From assembly GCA_963750165.1 (NCBI GenBank), contig CAVVPN010000004.1, positions 480,001-544,000 of the forward strand: a stretch of 64,000 bases of DNA. The letters are read 5' to 3'. This stretch comes from an uncultured Gemmataceae bacterium. GTDB lineage: Bacteria; Planctomycetota; Planctomycetia; Gemmatales; Gemmataceae. Under the pieces are notes generated by a model. The model was not told the origin of the DNA. It saw only the letters and a program-made list of their open reading frames with translations, and searched no databases. The translations under genes were made by a program, and so were the position numbers. Positions 49,570 through 59,077 of the stretch are shown in pieces. The number at the start of each line of letters is the position of its first letter. The stretch's first letter is position 1.

Positions 49570-50430
49570 ATGCCCGACCTGCGCTACCGCCTGCGCTCCG
49601 GCCGCGTCCTGCTGATGGACGGCGCCATGGGCACGCAATTGCTGGCCCTGGGGCTGCCATCTGGCGCATGTTCCGAAGCGTGGAACCTGACCCACCCCGA
49701 GCGCGTCGCCGGCGTCCACCAGGCTTACGTGGACGCCGGCGCCGCGTGTCTGCTGACCAACAGCTTTCAGGCTCATGCGGCGGCGCTGCGGCGCCACGGT
49801 CTGGACGCGCACCAGTTTGAGATCATAAGCGTGGCCGCCAGCCTGGCCCGCTTCGTCGCCGGCCCTGGTCGCTTCGTGCTCGGCGACATCGGCCCGCAGC
49901 CGGAGCTTGACGAACTGCCGTTGCTGGTGGACGCTTTTGGCGATCAGGTGGACGGCCTGCTGCTGGAGACGTTTTCCGACCGTCAGGCGCTGGCGCTGGC
50001 CGCGGCGCTGGTGCGGGCGGCCCACGACAAGCCGGTGCTGCTGTCGCTGACGTACCGCCATGACCCGGTGACCGGAGCCAGCGCGGCGCTGGACGGCACC
50101 GCCCCCGAGGAGTTCGCCCGGGAGGCGGAAGCGGCGGGCGTCGCGGCCCTGGGCGTGAACTGCGGCCGTGACCTGGGGCTGTCCGCGGTCAGCGACGTGG
50201 TGCGCCGCTACCGTTCGGCGACGACGCTGCCACTGCTGGCGCGGCCCAACGCCGGTACGCCGGTGCGCGACGGCGAGCGCTGGGGGTATCCGGTGACACC
50301 GGGGCAGCTGGCGGACTGGTTACCGGAGGTGGTGCGGGCGGGGGCGGTGCTGGTCGGCGGCTGCTGCGGCACGACACCGGCGCACGTCGCGGCGCTGGCC
50401 GCGGCCTGCGGTGACGTCGCTTCTCCATGA
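49570..50430 (+). CDS. Homocysteine S-methyltransferase family protein
   Basis: DGAMGT, TNSF, GVNC, PNAG, GGCCGTTP. Confidence 0.92.
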   Translation: MPDLRYRLRSGRVLLMDGAMGTQLLALGLPSGACSEAWNLTHPERVAGVHQAYVDAGAACLLTNSFQAHAAALRRHGLDAHQFEIISVAASLARFVAGPGRFVLGDIGPQPELDELPLLVDAFGDQVDGLLLETFSDRQALALAAALVRAAHDKPVLLSLTYRHDPVTGASAALDGTAPEEFAREAEAAGVAALGVNCGRDLGLSAVSDVVRRYRSATTLPLLARPNAGTPVRDGERWGYPVTPGQLADWLPEVVRAGAVLVGGCCGTTPAHVAALAAACGDVASP

Positions 50431-50680
50431 GATTTTGCGGCAGACCGATTCCAACCCTGGCATTCTTGTGATTCGCCCGGGAAATTACGTTGATATCACT
50501 TCTCTTCAAATTACGTCTCGCAAAAACCTCCGGGGTTTTTGGTTGACGGGATCGATCGGATTCGGAGATGATAGATGAAAGGAAGTGGAGGAGAGACAAA
50601 AGGTCGGGAGAAAAAAATGGGGGGGGAAACGAAGGAGTCGGAAGTCGAGAACGAGAATGGTATCGGGAGTGAATGAAAGA

Positions 50681-51439
50681 GAAAAAGGGGTCAGCTTTCT
50701 TTTTGACAGTGGCGAGTGGGTCGGGTAAGCGACGGTCATGGCCAGACGCCTCCGTTGTGCCGACGCCGGCTACGTCTACCACGTCCTGAACCGCGGTGGG
50801 CCGGGGCACGCTGTTTCACAAGCCGGCCGACTACGCGGCCTTCGAGAAGGTCTTGCGCCAGGCCTGGGAGCGGCACGCGATGCGCCTGCTGGCCTACGTG
50901 CTCATGCCCAACCACTGGCACCTGCTGGTCTGGCCCGACCGGGACCGGGCCCTGAGCGCCTACGCCCAATGGCTGACCGTGACGCACGTGCGGCGCTGGC
51001 ACGCCCACTACCCCACGGCGGCCACCGGCTCGCTTTAGCAGGGGCGCTTCAAGTCCTTCCCGGTCGAGCAGGGGCGCGCACTTCCTCACGCTCTGCCGCT
51101 ACGTCGAGCGCAACCCCCTGCGGGCAGGCCTGGTGGACCGGGCCGACCGCTGGCGCTGGTCGAGCCTGTGGCACCGGCGGCATCACACGCGGGTGCCCTG
51201 GCTGAGCGCCTGGCCGCTGCCGGTCCCGCAGGGCTGGGGCGAGCACGTGCAGTGCGCCGAGACGGAGGGGGAGTTGGAGGCCCTGCGGCGCTCAGCGGTG
51301 CGCGGAGCGCCGTTCGGCGCGGCGGCCTGGCAAGTGCAGACGGCGGCGGCCCTGGGGTTGCAGTCCACCTTGCGCCCACGGGGACGCCCAGGCAAACCCA
51401 CGGCGGACGCCGCGGAAAAAGAAACCTGACCCCTTTTTC
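50681..51439 (+). mobile_element. RAYT-like (IS200/Y1 HuH) element bounded by 24-bp terminal inverted repeats
   Basis: GAAAAAGGGGTCAGCTTTCTTTTT at 50681-50704; reverse complement at 51416-51439 with 1 mismatch. Confidence 0.8.
50738..51429 (+). pseudogene. REP-associated tyrosine transposase-like gene, disrupted by frameshifts and an in-frame TAG
   Basis: YHVLNRG, YVLMPNHWHL, QGRFKSFP, RYVERNPLRAGLV, WRWSS across different frames. Confidence 0.85.
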
Positions 51440-51494
51440 CTTTTTGCTCGCCTGATTTATCCCATAAGCCGTCAAGCAAATTAACTTGTATTTC

Positions 51495-53001
51495 GAGACT
51501 TTAGCATAGCCGGTGACCGAATCCGGCCCGACCAGGCGTAAAATGAATATAGGGGGGGCATTTGGGTGTGGAGGGCACAGCCATGTTCGGACCAGGCGAG
51601 TACGTCCCGGACGTCACCGAGGGCATTTCCTCGCCCGAAGACCTCCCCAAGCCGCGCCGCGAACGCCGCAGCCGTAACTACCGCGCACGCCGCTGCCCCC
51701 ATTGTGGTGCCCGCGCCGGCCGCTACAGCATTGACGTCCGCACCTTGCACGACCTGGGCGACCCGCGCGTCGGCCGCCCCATCGACCTCAGCGTCACCTA
51801 CTCCAAACATCACTGCCCCCACTGTGACTGCTACTTCGCCGTCGAGCTCTCCGACCTGGCCTGGCCCAAGTGCCACTACACCCGCCGCGTCCAGGAGTTG
51901 GCCGTCCGCCTGGTGGCCGAGGATGGGCTGCCCTACCAGGCCGCCTCCTGGCATCTCTGGCGCGACCACCGCGTCTTCGTCCCCTACGCCACCATCCAGA
52001 ACTGGGTCGAGGCGGCTGGGGAAAAAAAAGGTGGCCGGCCTGTCCAGCACCTATCTCGACGAGGCCCTGGCTGACTTCTCCGGTTACCTGGCCATCGACG
52101 AAGTCTACGATGGCCCGCACTGCATCCTCAGCGTGGTGGATAACCGCCGCTACCACCGGCTGGCCGTCCGCGTCCTCGAACACGACCCGACGCAGGACGA
52201 CGTCCGCGTTTTCCTCACGGACTTCCAGGCGCAGTTGCAGCAACGCGGCCTGGCCGTGCGCGGCATCACCACGGACGGGTCGCCGCTTTATCCCAAGGTG
52301 CTCAAGGAGTTGTGGCCTGCTGTCCCGCACCAGCGTTGCCGCTTCCACATCCTCAAGGAGATCACCAAGGCGGTACTGCGGGCGCTGGCCAAGTTGCGCA
52401 AGCAGATCAAGGCCACGATCCCCAAGCAGCGGCGCGGCCGACCCCGCCAACAGGACCAAGCCCAGGCGCGGCGGAGCCAGCGGTTGCAGCAGCGCGTCGC
52501 GGACCTGTTCGAGCACCGTCACTTGTTCGTGCGACATCACCTCAGCGCGGCCCAGAAGCAACTGCTGAAGCGCCTGACGCGCGGCCAGCCGCACCTACGT
52601 GTCTTGCGTGACATCATGGACGAAGTATACCGCTTGTTCGACCGCCGTTGCCGGCGAGTGACAGCGCTGTGGCGTCTGCTGAAATTGCGGCAACGGGTGC
52701 GGCGGTTCAAGCGCCTGGCGCGTGCCTTGCGGGAGTTGAATAGTCCCGGTTTGGCCAAGGCGCTGCTGTTTTTGGATGACCGTTTGTTGGGATCGACAAG
52801 CAACGCGGTAGAGCGGGCCAATCGGCGTTTCCGCAAGGCGCAGAAGAGCATCTACGGAGTGCGGACCAAGCAGCACTTGGACCAGCGCCTGGCCTTGGAC
52901 ATGAACCGCGAACTCGCGCTGGCCAACGCGCTCGGACTCTGAAAACCCTGCACCACGCTCGCTCCGATCCTGATTCGGGCCACTGTTGATGCTAAAGTGT
53001 C
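51495..53001 (+). mobile_element. 1507-bp insertion sequence, Mutator-like DDE (IS256/ISH6-related)
   Basis: IRs GAGACTTTAGCAT / ATGCTAAAGTGTC; 8-bp direct repeats TGTATTTC at 51487-51494 and 53002-53009. Confidence 0.92.
51583..52942 (+). CDS. Transposase split at GGGG-A8-G (52018-52030)
   Basis: N-terminal CxxC zinc fingers and HTH; AIDE, TTDGS, QRCRFH, STSNAVERANRRFRK. Confidence 0.85.
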
Positions 53002-53023
53002 TGTATTTCCTTTGTTTTTCCCA

Positions 53024-53671
53024 TCATGGGTTAATGACGACTTCACAGGCAGGACCGCGGAATAGCACTTCCACACGATTCAGAACGTCACGGCCCAAGA
53101 TGCGCTCGCCGCCAACAAAGTCCGCTTGCAGCCGGCACGGGTAATCCTGCCCGTCCAGGTGGGCCCACACTTGAAAGGCGAGCGTTGCCGCGGCACTGCC
53201 TGCAACCCCGCTGAGCAAGCCTTGCACGCCCAAGCTCGGATCCAGTTGAAGGAGTTGGCAATCCGCCCAGGGCAAGACACTGGCATCCGCCCCCGTATCG
53301 GGGATCACCCGATCCAGGACAACGCCGGGCGAGCCGCCGGCCTGTCGGAACTCGACGGTGATGACCGGCGGGGTTTCACCAGGATAACTCGCGTCGTAAG
53401 CGAAGGCAGCACGCCGGATGCGGCACGGTTCCTCTTCCCTCCCAACGCAGATGAAGAACGGGTGCAGTCCCGTCGTCTCGGCGGCGTGGAACACGGTCAC
53501 GGGGCTGGTGCCCGACGCGATCACCCTCCCCTCGGCAAAGCCGATCCACTGGCCGCGGTACTCATCGAGGAGTTGGTCGCGGGCTGCCCAGTATTCCGCC
53601 TCGTTCTTGCGCCGGTCTGGGTGGAGTTGTCGAGCGATTTCTGGCGGCAGCTGATCGGCAATGCTTTTCAT
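53024..53671 (-). CDS. DUF5678-like domain fused to a retropepsin-like aspartyl protease
   Basis: YRGQWIGFAEGRVIASG; IPDTGAD and ILGRDVLN. Confidence 0.7.
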   Translation of the reverse strand: MKSIADQLPPEIARQLHPDRRKNEAEYWAARDQLLDEYRGQWIGFAEGRVIASGTSPVTVFHAAETTGLHPFFICVGREEEPCRIRRAAFAYDASYPGETPPVITVEFRQAGGSPGVVLDRVIPDTGADASVLPWADCQLLQLDPSLGVQGLLSGVAGSAAATLAFQVWAHLDGQDYPCRLQADFVGGERILGRDVLNRVEVLFRGPACEVVINP

Positions 53672-53747
53672 GGGGCACCTTGAGTGAACACCTGGACCGT
53701 CGTCATTTTAGAGTCACTGAGGTCGGGCGTCGATTGACATACCCATG

Positions 53748-55376
53748 TCAATCGACGCCCGACCCCATTTTTCCGCCCAGGAGTTCCTGCCAGTCGGCCG
53801 CGGTCAGGGCCAGGTTGGTCAAGTCTTTCAGTCGCTCCGGGTCATGGATACCAGCCAGCGCAGCGACGACGGCCTCGGAGGGGGGGCCGAGCCGCATTGT
53901 GCCCATGCGCAGCAGTTCTTTGCGAAAGTGATCCAGCCGCGATTTGTCCACCCCCTTCTCGGGCGGCACCAGCGGCTTGCCGGCGTTGACGAACGCCCAC
54001 GCCACCGCCCCCACGAACCACGCGCTCGCCAGAATCGCGAACGTCAGCGCCCAGCGCTGCTGCGGCGATGCCCCCTCGGGCGGGATCGCCTTGAACACCG
54101 GCGTCAGCACCGGACCCAGGAACGCCCCGACGCCGCCCACCATGTTCATGACGCCCGCCACGGTGCCGGCGTAACGGCCGCCCACGTCCGCCGACGCCGC
54201 CCAGATCGGCGGGATGGCCAGATCGTTGATGAAGAACGCCAGGCACAGCAGCGCCACCGCCGCCCACGGACTGGTCGCCAGGCCCGTCAGCGCCACACAG
54301 GTGCCCGCGCCGACGAAGCCGCCGATCCCCACCAGGCTCCGGCCCCAGCGGCGACTGCCCAGCCGCCGCACCAGCCAGTCCGACAATCCACCGCCCGCCA
54401 GCGACCCGAACGCCCCGCACAGGAACGGCAGCCCCGTCGCCAACTCCAGGAACGGCAGCCGCAGTTCCGTGAACAGCAGGTTGATTTGCACCGTCTCGTT
54501 CTTGAAATCGATGCCGTGGACTTCCTCGTAGTAGAACGGCTGCCAGGTCGGGAAGAAGTACCAGCCGAAACTGACACACGCCGCGGCGATGCACAGCGCC
54601 CACATGGTCGGACTGCCCAGCAGTTTGTCCCACGGTGGTTGCGGATGGGCGTGAGCGGCCTCGTCGGCCTTCATCGAGTACGGCCCCGCCCGGATCAGGT
54701 CGCGCTCGGCGGCGTTGCAGCCCGGCTTGTCCTCCGGACGGTCGCGGAACCACGACCGGAAGCCCACTGCCCACAGCACGCCGATGCTGCCCAGCGTCCA
54801 CATCGCCGGCTTCCACGACTCCTGTTCCCAGTGGTCCGCGTACAACCGCACCAGTCCGCCGATCACCAGCGGCGCCATCGCCCCGCCCAGCCGGGCACAC
54901 ATCCACACCGCCCCGGTTGCCAGGCCGCGCTCGCTGAACGGGAACCATGAGCCCACCACGCGCGTGACGTTCGGGTACGCCCCCGCCTCGCCGCAGCCGA
55001 ACAGGAAACGCACCGCCACCAGGGCCACGAAGCTGTTGAGCACCAGCGGCCCCAGCGACAGCGAAAACGGCCAGACGGCGCCGGTCAACGCCGTGAAGGC
55101 GCTCCACCACAGGACGATGCGCGTCAGCACCCGCCGCGGTCCCCAGACGTCGCCCATCCAGCCGCCCGGCACCTCGAACAGTGTGTAACCGACCGCGAAC
55201 GCTCCGAAGACCCAACCGAGCTGCGCTTCGCTGATGTCCAGCGTCGCCCGCAGGTCGCCGGCCACGCGCATGATGCACACGCGGTCCAGGTATGTCAGCA
55301 TCGACAGACTGCACACGAAGCCGAGCACGCCGAGGCGGACGCGGGTCGGACTGGCAGAAATTCCCATAACGGCCAT
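53748..55376 (-). CDS. MFS transporter (ACS-type) with a C-terminal DUF4351/Rpn-like tail
   Basis: YLDRVCI, FEVPGGW.GD, GEAGAYP, WFP..ERG, GVMNM. Confidence 0.9.
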   Translation of the reverse strand: MAVMGISASPTRVRLGVLGFVCSLSMLTYLDRVCIMRVAGDLRATLDISEAQLGWVFGAFAVGYTLFEVPGGWMGDVWGPRRVLTRIVLWWSAFTALTGAVWPFSLSLGPLVLNSFVALVAVRFLFGCGEAGAYPNVTRVVGSWFPFSERGLATGAVWMCARLGGAMAPLVIGGLVRLYADHWEQESWKPAMWTLGSIGVLWAVGFRSWFRDRPEDKPGCNAAERDLIRAGPYSMKADEAAHAHPQPPWDKLLGSPTMWALCIAAACVSFGWYFFPTWQPFYYEEVHGIDFKNETVQINLLFTELRLPFLELATGLPFLCGAFGSLAGGGLSDWLVRRLGSRRWGRSLVGIGGFVGAGTCVALTGLATSPWAAVALLCLAFFINDLAIPPIWAASADVGGRYAGTVAGVMNMVGGVGAFLGPVLTPVFKAIPPEGASPQQRWALTFAILASAWFVGAVAWAFVNAGKPLVPPEKGVDKSRLDHFRKELLRMGTMRLGPPSEAVVAALAGIHDPERLKDLTNLALTAADWQELLGGKMGSGVD

Positions 55377-55407
55377 CCTGTTCGGCGTGAAAAGGCAGGT
55401 TCGCGGA

Positions 55408-56052
55408 TCAAAGGTCTTCGCACACGATGACGCGCCCCGCCGACGCGGAGCGCCGGTAAAAATCCTGCAACGGCGGCAACCACTCGCGCACGAACGCCAG
55501 CTCGTCGGCGCGGTCCTCCGCGGTGTCGAGGTCGGGCAGGCCGGTCAGGTCCGTGGCGCTCCAGCGCTCGGGCTCCAGGGCTTGCAGGTAAGCGTTCAGG
55601 CGCTGCACGTCGTCAGCGGCGTTGTAGCCGGCGTGGTCGGGGCGGTAGTAGCCGCCGCCGAAGCACAGGTCGCGGCTGCCGAAATACACCTGCTGGATAG
55701 AGGCATAGCGGTCGCGCTCGGTGTCGCCGGCCCCGTGCCCCGGCGCCAGCAGGTGGCACAGCGCTGCCGGAGTTATTTGCAGTTCGGGGATTTCCTCTGC
55801 CCCGAACCACAGCAGCTCGCCCACCAGGAAGCGCCAGAAATCGCGGTCGAACGTCAGGCCCGCGGCCACGCGCTGCAGCAGTGGCTCGTCGCCGACGTGG
55901 TAGCGGTCGGCGAAGGCGCGGGCGTGCGGCAGCAACTCGGCACACATCTGCTGGCAGGGCGCGAAACTGTGTCGCCGCCAGGCTGCGGCCAGCGCCGGCC
56001 GCAGCCGCTGCTCGAACAGTTGCCCGTCCAGGGCGAGCAGGTAGAGCGGCAT
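55408..56052 (-). CDS. Hypothetical protein
   Basis: 214-aa ORF in operon, coding-like codon usage. Confidence 0.75.
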   Translation of the reverse strand: MPLYLLALDGQLFEQRLRPALAAAWRRHSFAPCQQMCAELLPHARAFADRYHVGDEPLLQRVAAGLTFDRDFWRFLVGELLWFGAEEIPELQITPAALCHLLAPGHGAGDTERDRYASIQQVYFGSRDLCFGGGYYRPDHAGYNAADDVQRLNAYLQALEPERWSATDLTGLPDLDTAEDRADELAFVREWLPPLQDFYRRSASAGRVIVCEDL

Positions 56053-56055
56053 TGG

Positions 56056-56349
56056 CTAGTCGTCCCGGCGGCGGTAGTCGCGGTCGTCCTCGAAGCGCCG
56101 CAGCGGTGGCGACTCGGGAGCGAGGCCCCACACAATGCCGCCGGCCGCGCCCGCCAGGCCGCCGATCACCGTGGAGGCGCCGCAGGCGATGGCCCAGGTC
56201 AGACCACCGATCAGGTCCTCGTTGACGCCGCGCGGCTTGAAGACGCCCACCGCGGCGGCGCCCGCCATCAGTCCGACGATGACTCCCATGAACGCCCCGA
56301 TGAGCGCCCCGACGACCGTCCAGCCGACCGCCCCGAACGCGCGTCCCAT
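56056..56349 (-). CDS. Small Gly-rich membrane protein
   Basis: Two glycine-zipper TM helices; GGAG RBS. Confidence 0.65.
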   Translation of the reverse strand: MGRAFGAVGWTVVGALIGAFMGVIVGLMAGAAAVGVFKPRGVNEDLIGGLTWAIACGASTVIGGLAGAAGGIVWGLAPESPPLRRFEDDRDYRRRDD

Positions 56350-56427
56350 GATGGTACTCTCCAGCAAACAGGTGCCCCAGTTCGTACCGCCGACGTTACC
56401 CCGCGGCGCCGGCCGCGTCAACGACCA

Positions 56428-58146
56428 TCATGCCTTGCGCTGCCGCAAGGTCGCCAGCAGGTCGAGGAACTCGCTGCGCCAGACCTGGTAGAACTCGAAG
56501 GCACAATCGCACTCGAAGACGAGCAGGTTGTCCGGCTCCGCGACCACCGCCAGCAGCACAAAGCGCTGCGCCTCGCCGGCCAGCTCCAGCCGCAGTTCCA
56601 GCACACGGCCGGGCCGGTCGCCGACCTTCCGGGCCACGCCGTCGTCAGCGTCCGGCGCCGGCTTCACCGCAGCCACGGTCAGCGTCAACTGATCGTTGGC
56701 CGACTCGTCCTGCAATCGCTTCAGCAGCGCCGCGCGGGCCTCCTTGAGCGCCGCCTTCGGCTCCTTCGTCTTCGGAAAGCGCAGCACCAGCACGCGGGCC
56801 ATCTTGGCGTTCTTCAGCGTCGGATCCAGCTCCTTGGGATCGCGGCCTTGCAGGTACAGCACGGCGCTCGGGTCCATCGCGCCCGGGGTATACGGCTTCC
56901 AGACACCCTTGGGGGCGCTGAGGCTCACGCCGCTCTTGACATGGCGGAAGGTCGCCGTCTCCGGCGGCAGCTCGGCCCAGCCCTTGCGCTCCGACACCAG
57001 GATCAGGCCGCCAACCCGCGGCTGTTGCAGATACGCCAGCGTCTCCTGCGCCGTCTCCCGTTTACCTGCCGCGGCGATGAAATAGCAATAACCGACGCCG
57101 TTCCGCGCGAACAGGTAACCGTCGCCGCGCCACGCCACCTCGTTGAGGACGCCCTTGAACTCCAGCCGCTGCGCCTTCACCGCGGGGTGCCCCGGCAGCT
57201 CCGCGGGCTGGGGGCTGGCGGAGGTTTCCAGTTCCTTGAAGTGGCCGCGTAGCCGCTGAATCGCCTCGGTGAACAGCTCAGCGTCGCGCGGGTTGCGTGT
57301 GCCGTAGTCCTTGACCACGACCACCAGCCAGACGAACGGGTCGCTGCGCTGGTAGGCCCATTCGGTGCCCAGGTCGGCCTTCAACCGCGGCTCCGGCGCC
57401 CAGACGCCGCGCGGCAGCTTGAGTCGCAGCACCTGCTCCTTGGTGCCGCTGCGGTTGCTGAGGAAGCCGTTGGTGGTCTCCAGCGGCACCAGCGGGACGA
57501 TCACTTCCTTTTCCTTTTCCTTCTCCTTCTCCTTCTCCTTCTCCTTTCCCTTCTCGCCGGCTTTCTTTTTGGCGACCGCGGCCGGCTTCTCGGGTTCCGG
57601 AGACTCGGCGTTGTTCACGATGTAGAAAATGACCGCCGCCGCGGCACCGCCCAGAAGCAGCACCACCACCAGCACCATGACGAATTTCCAGCCGCCCCCG
57701 CTGTCGTCGCCGAGGTTGTAGCGCTGCACCAGTGGGCCGCGCGTGTTCGCCACCTGGAAGTCGCCCAGCGGGGAATCGTCGTCGGTGCCGGCGGGGGGCG
57801 CGGGCGGCGGAGCGGCGCGCACCGGGGCGGGCGGCGCAGGTTTGGCCACGGGCACGGGCTGGGCGCGCGCCGCCACGGCAGGCGGTGGCGGAGATTTGGT
57901 GGGCGGTGGCGGCGTGGCCCGGCGGTTGGCCGCGGGCGGCAGTGGTGACCTGGTGGGCGGCGGCGGTGTGGCCCGGCGGCTGGCCGCGGGGCGGGCGGGC
58001 GGTGGCGCGGCCGGGGCAGGGCCGCCGCCGAACTGGAAGCGAGTGCCGCAGCGCGGACACGCCAGCGCCCCGGCGGCCTTCACCTCCGCCTGGCTGAACA
58101 CGTGGCTACAGGTGGGATTCGGACAGGGCAGGCCAGTCGGCAGCAT
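56428..58146 (-). CDS. Zn-ribbon / Pro-rich / TM / extracytoplasmic protein
   Basis: CPNPTC..CPRC, 2x18-aa Pro-rich repeat, TM, (KE)n tract. Confidence 0.8.
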   Translation of the reverse strand: MLPTGLPCPNPTCSHVFSQAEVKAAGALACPRCGTRFQFGGGPAPAAPPPARPAASRRATPPPPTRSPLPPAANRRATPPPPTKSPPPPAVAARAQPVPVAKPAPPAPVRAAPPPAPPAGTDDDSPLGDFQVANTRGPLVQRYNLGDDSGGGWKFVMVLVVVLLLGGAAAAVIFYIVNNAESPEPEKPAAVAKKKAGEKGKEKEKEKEKEKEKEVIVPLVPLETTNGFLSNRSGTKEQVLRLKLPRGVWAPEPRLKADLGTEWAYQRSDPFVWLVVVVKDYGTRNPRDAELFTEAIQRLRGHFKELETSASPQPAELPGHPAVKAQRLEFKGVLNEVAWRGDGYLFARNGVGYCYFIAAAGKRETAQETLAYLQQPRVGGLILVSERKGWAELPPETATFRHVKSGVSLSAPKGVWKPYTPGAMDPSAVLYLQGRDPKELDPTLKNAKMARVLVLRFPKTKEPKAALKEARAALLKRLQDESANDQLTLTVAAVKPAPDADDGVARKVGDRPGRVLELRLELAGEAQRFVLLAVVAEPDNLLVFECDCAFEFYQVWRSEFLDLLATLRQRKA

Positions 58147-58300
58147 GGCGGGTCGTCTCGCTTGGGGTTGCACGTCGCGGCGCCTGTTGCAGTGTACCGC
58201 AATTTCCGGCCGTACACAGCGCTTCCGGGGTTCAGACTGTCTTCGCCGCCGTCCGTGCCGTATGATGGCGAAATTCAGATGCCGTCAGGAGGTTCCCCCG

Positions 58301-59065
58301 ATGCCGCAGGATCGCGACGTGCAAGTTCATCTGCTGCCGGACCTCGTGCCGGCCGAGCGCTTGTGCGACGGCGTCGCGGTCGTCATCGACGTGCTGCGCG
58401 CCACGACCACCATCGTCCACGCGCTGGCCGCGGGCTGTCCCTGTGTGCTGCCGTGCGCCACCATCGAGGAGGCGCAGGCCCTGGCGGACGAGATGCGCGT
58501 CGGTCGAGTGCTGCTCGGCGGCGAGCGCGGCGGGTTGCCGGTGTGCGGCTTCGACCTCGGCAACTCGCCGCGCGAGTACACGCCGAAAACCTGTCGCGGC
58601 AAAACCCTGGTGATGACGACGACGAACGGCACGCGCGCCCTGCTGCACGCGGCGGCGGCCGCGCGGGTGCTGCTGGCGGCGTTCGTGAATTACAGCGCCG
58701 TCTGCGAACAACTGGTCCACGAGGCGCGTCCTGTCCACATCATCTGCGCCGGCAGCGACGGCGAGGTCACTCTGGAGGACACACTGCTGGCGGGAGCGCT
58801 GGTGGATCGACTGTGCGACGCGCAGGAGGTGCGGTTGAACGACGGCGCCCGGCTGGCGTGGGACTGCTTCGAGAACCACGGCCAGGTGCTGGCGGGGGCG
58901 CTGGAGGTCAGCCAGGGAGGCGCCGCCCTGCGGCGGCTGGGCTATGATGACGACGTGCGTATGGCGGCACAGGTGGACCTGTTCGCCCTGGTTCCGGAGC
59001 TGCGCCGCGACCCGCTGCGCGTCGAGGTCGGCGCCGTTGGCATCGTCAAGAGCCACTGGAAATAA
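58301..59065 (+). CDS. comB: 2-phosphosulfolactate phosphatase
   Basis: VIDVLRATTT, GERGG, FDLGNSP, TTTNGT, LED.L.AG. Confidence 0.92.
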   Translation: MPQDRDVQVHLLPDLVPAERLCDGVAVVIDVLRATTTIVHALAAGCPCVLPCATIEEAQALADEMRVGRVLLGGERGGLPVCGFDLGNSPREYTPKTCRGKTLVMTTTNGTRALLHAAAAARVLLAAFVNYSAVCEQLVHEARPVHIICAGSDGEVTLEDTLLAGALVDRLCDAQEVRLNDGARLAWDCFENHGQVLAGALEVSQGGAALRRLGYDDDVRMAAQVDLFALVPELRRDPLRVEVGAVGIVKSHWK

Positions 59066-59077
59066 CAAGGGTGCTGC

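Noticed and set aside
57504..57555. Phase-variable hexamer repeat
   Set aside because: In-frame, degenerate (KE)n low-complexity linker
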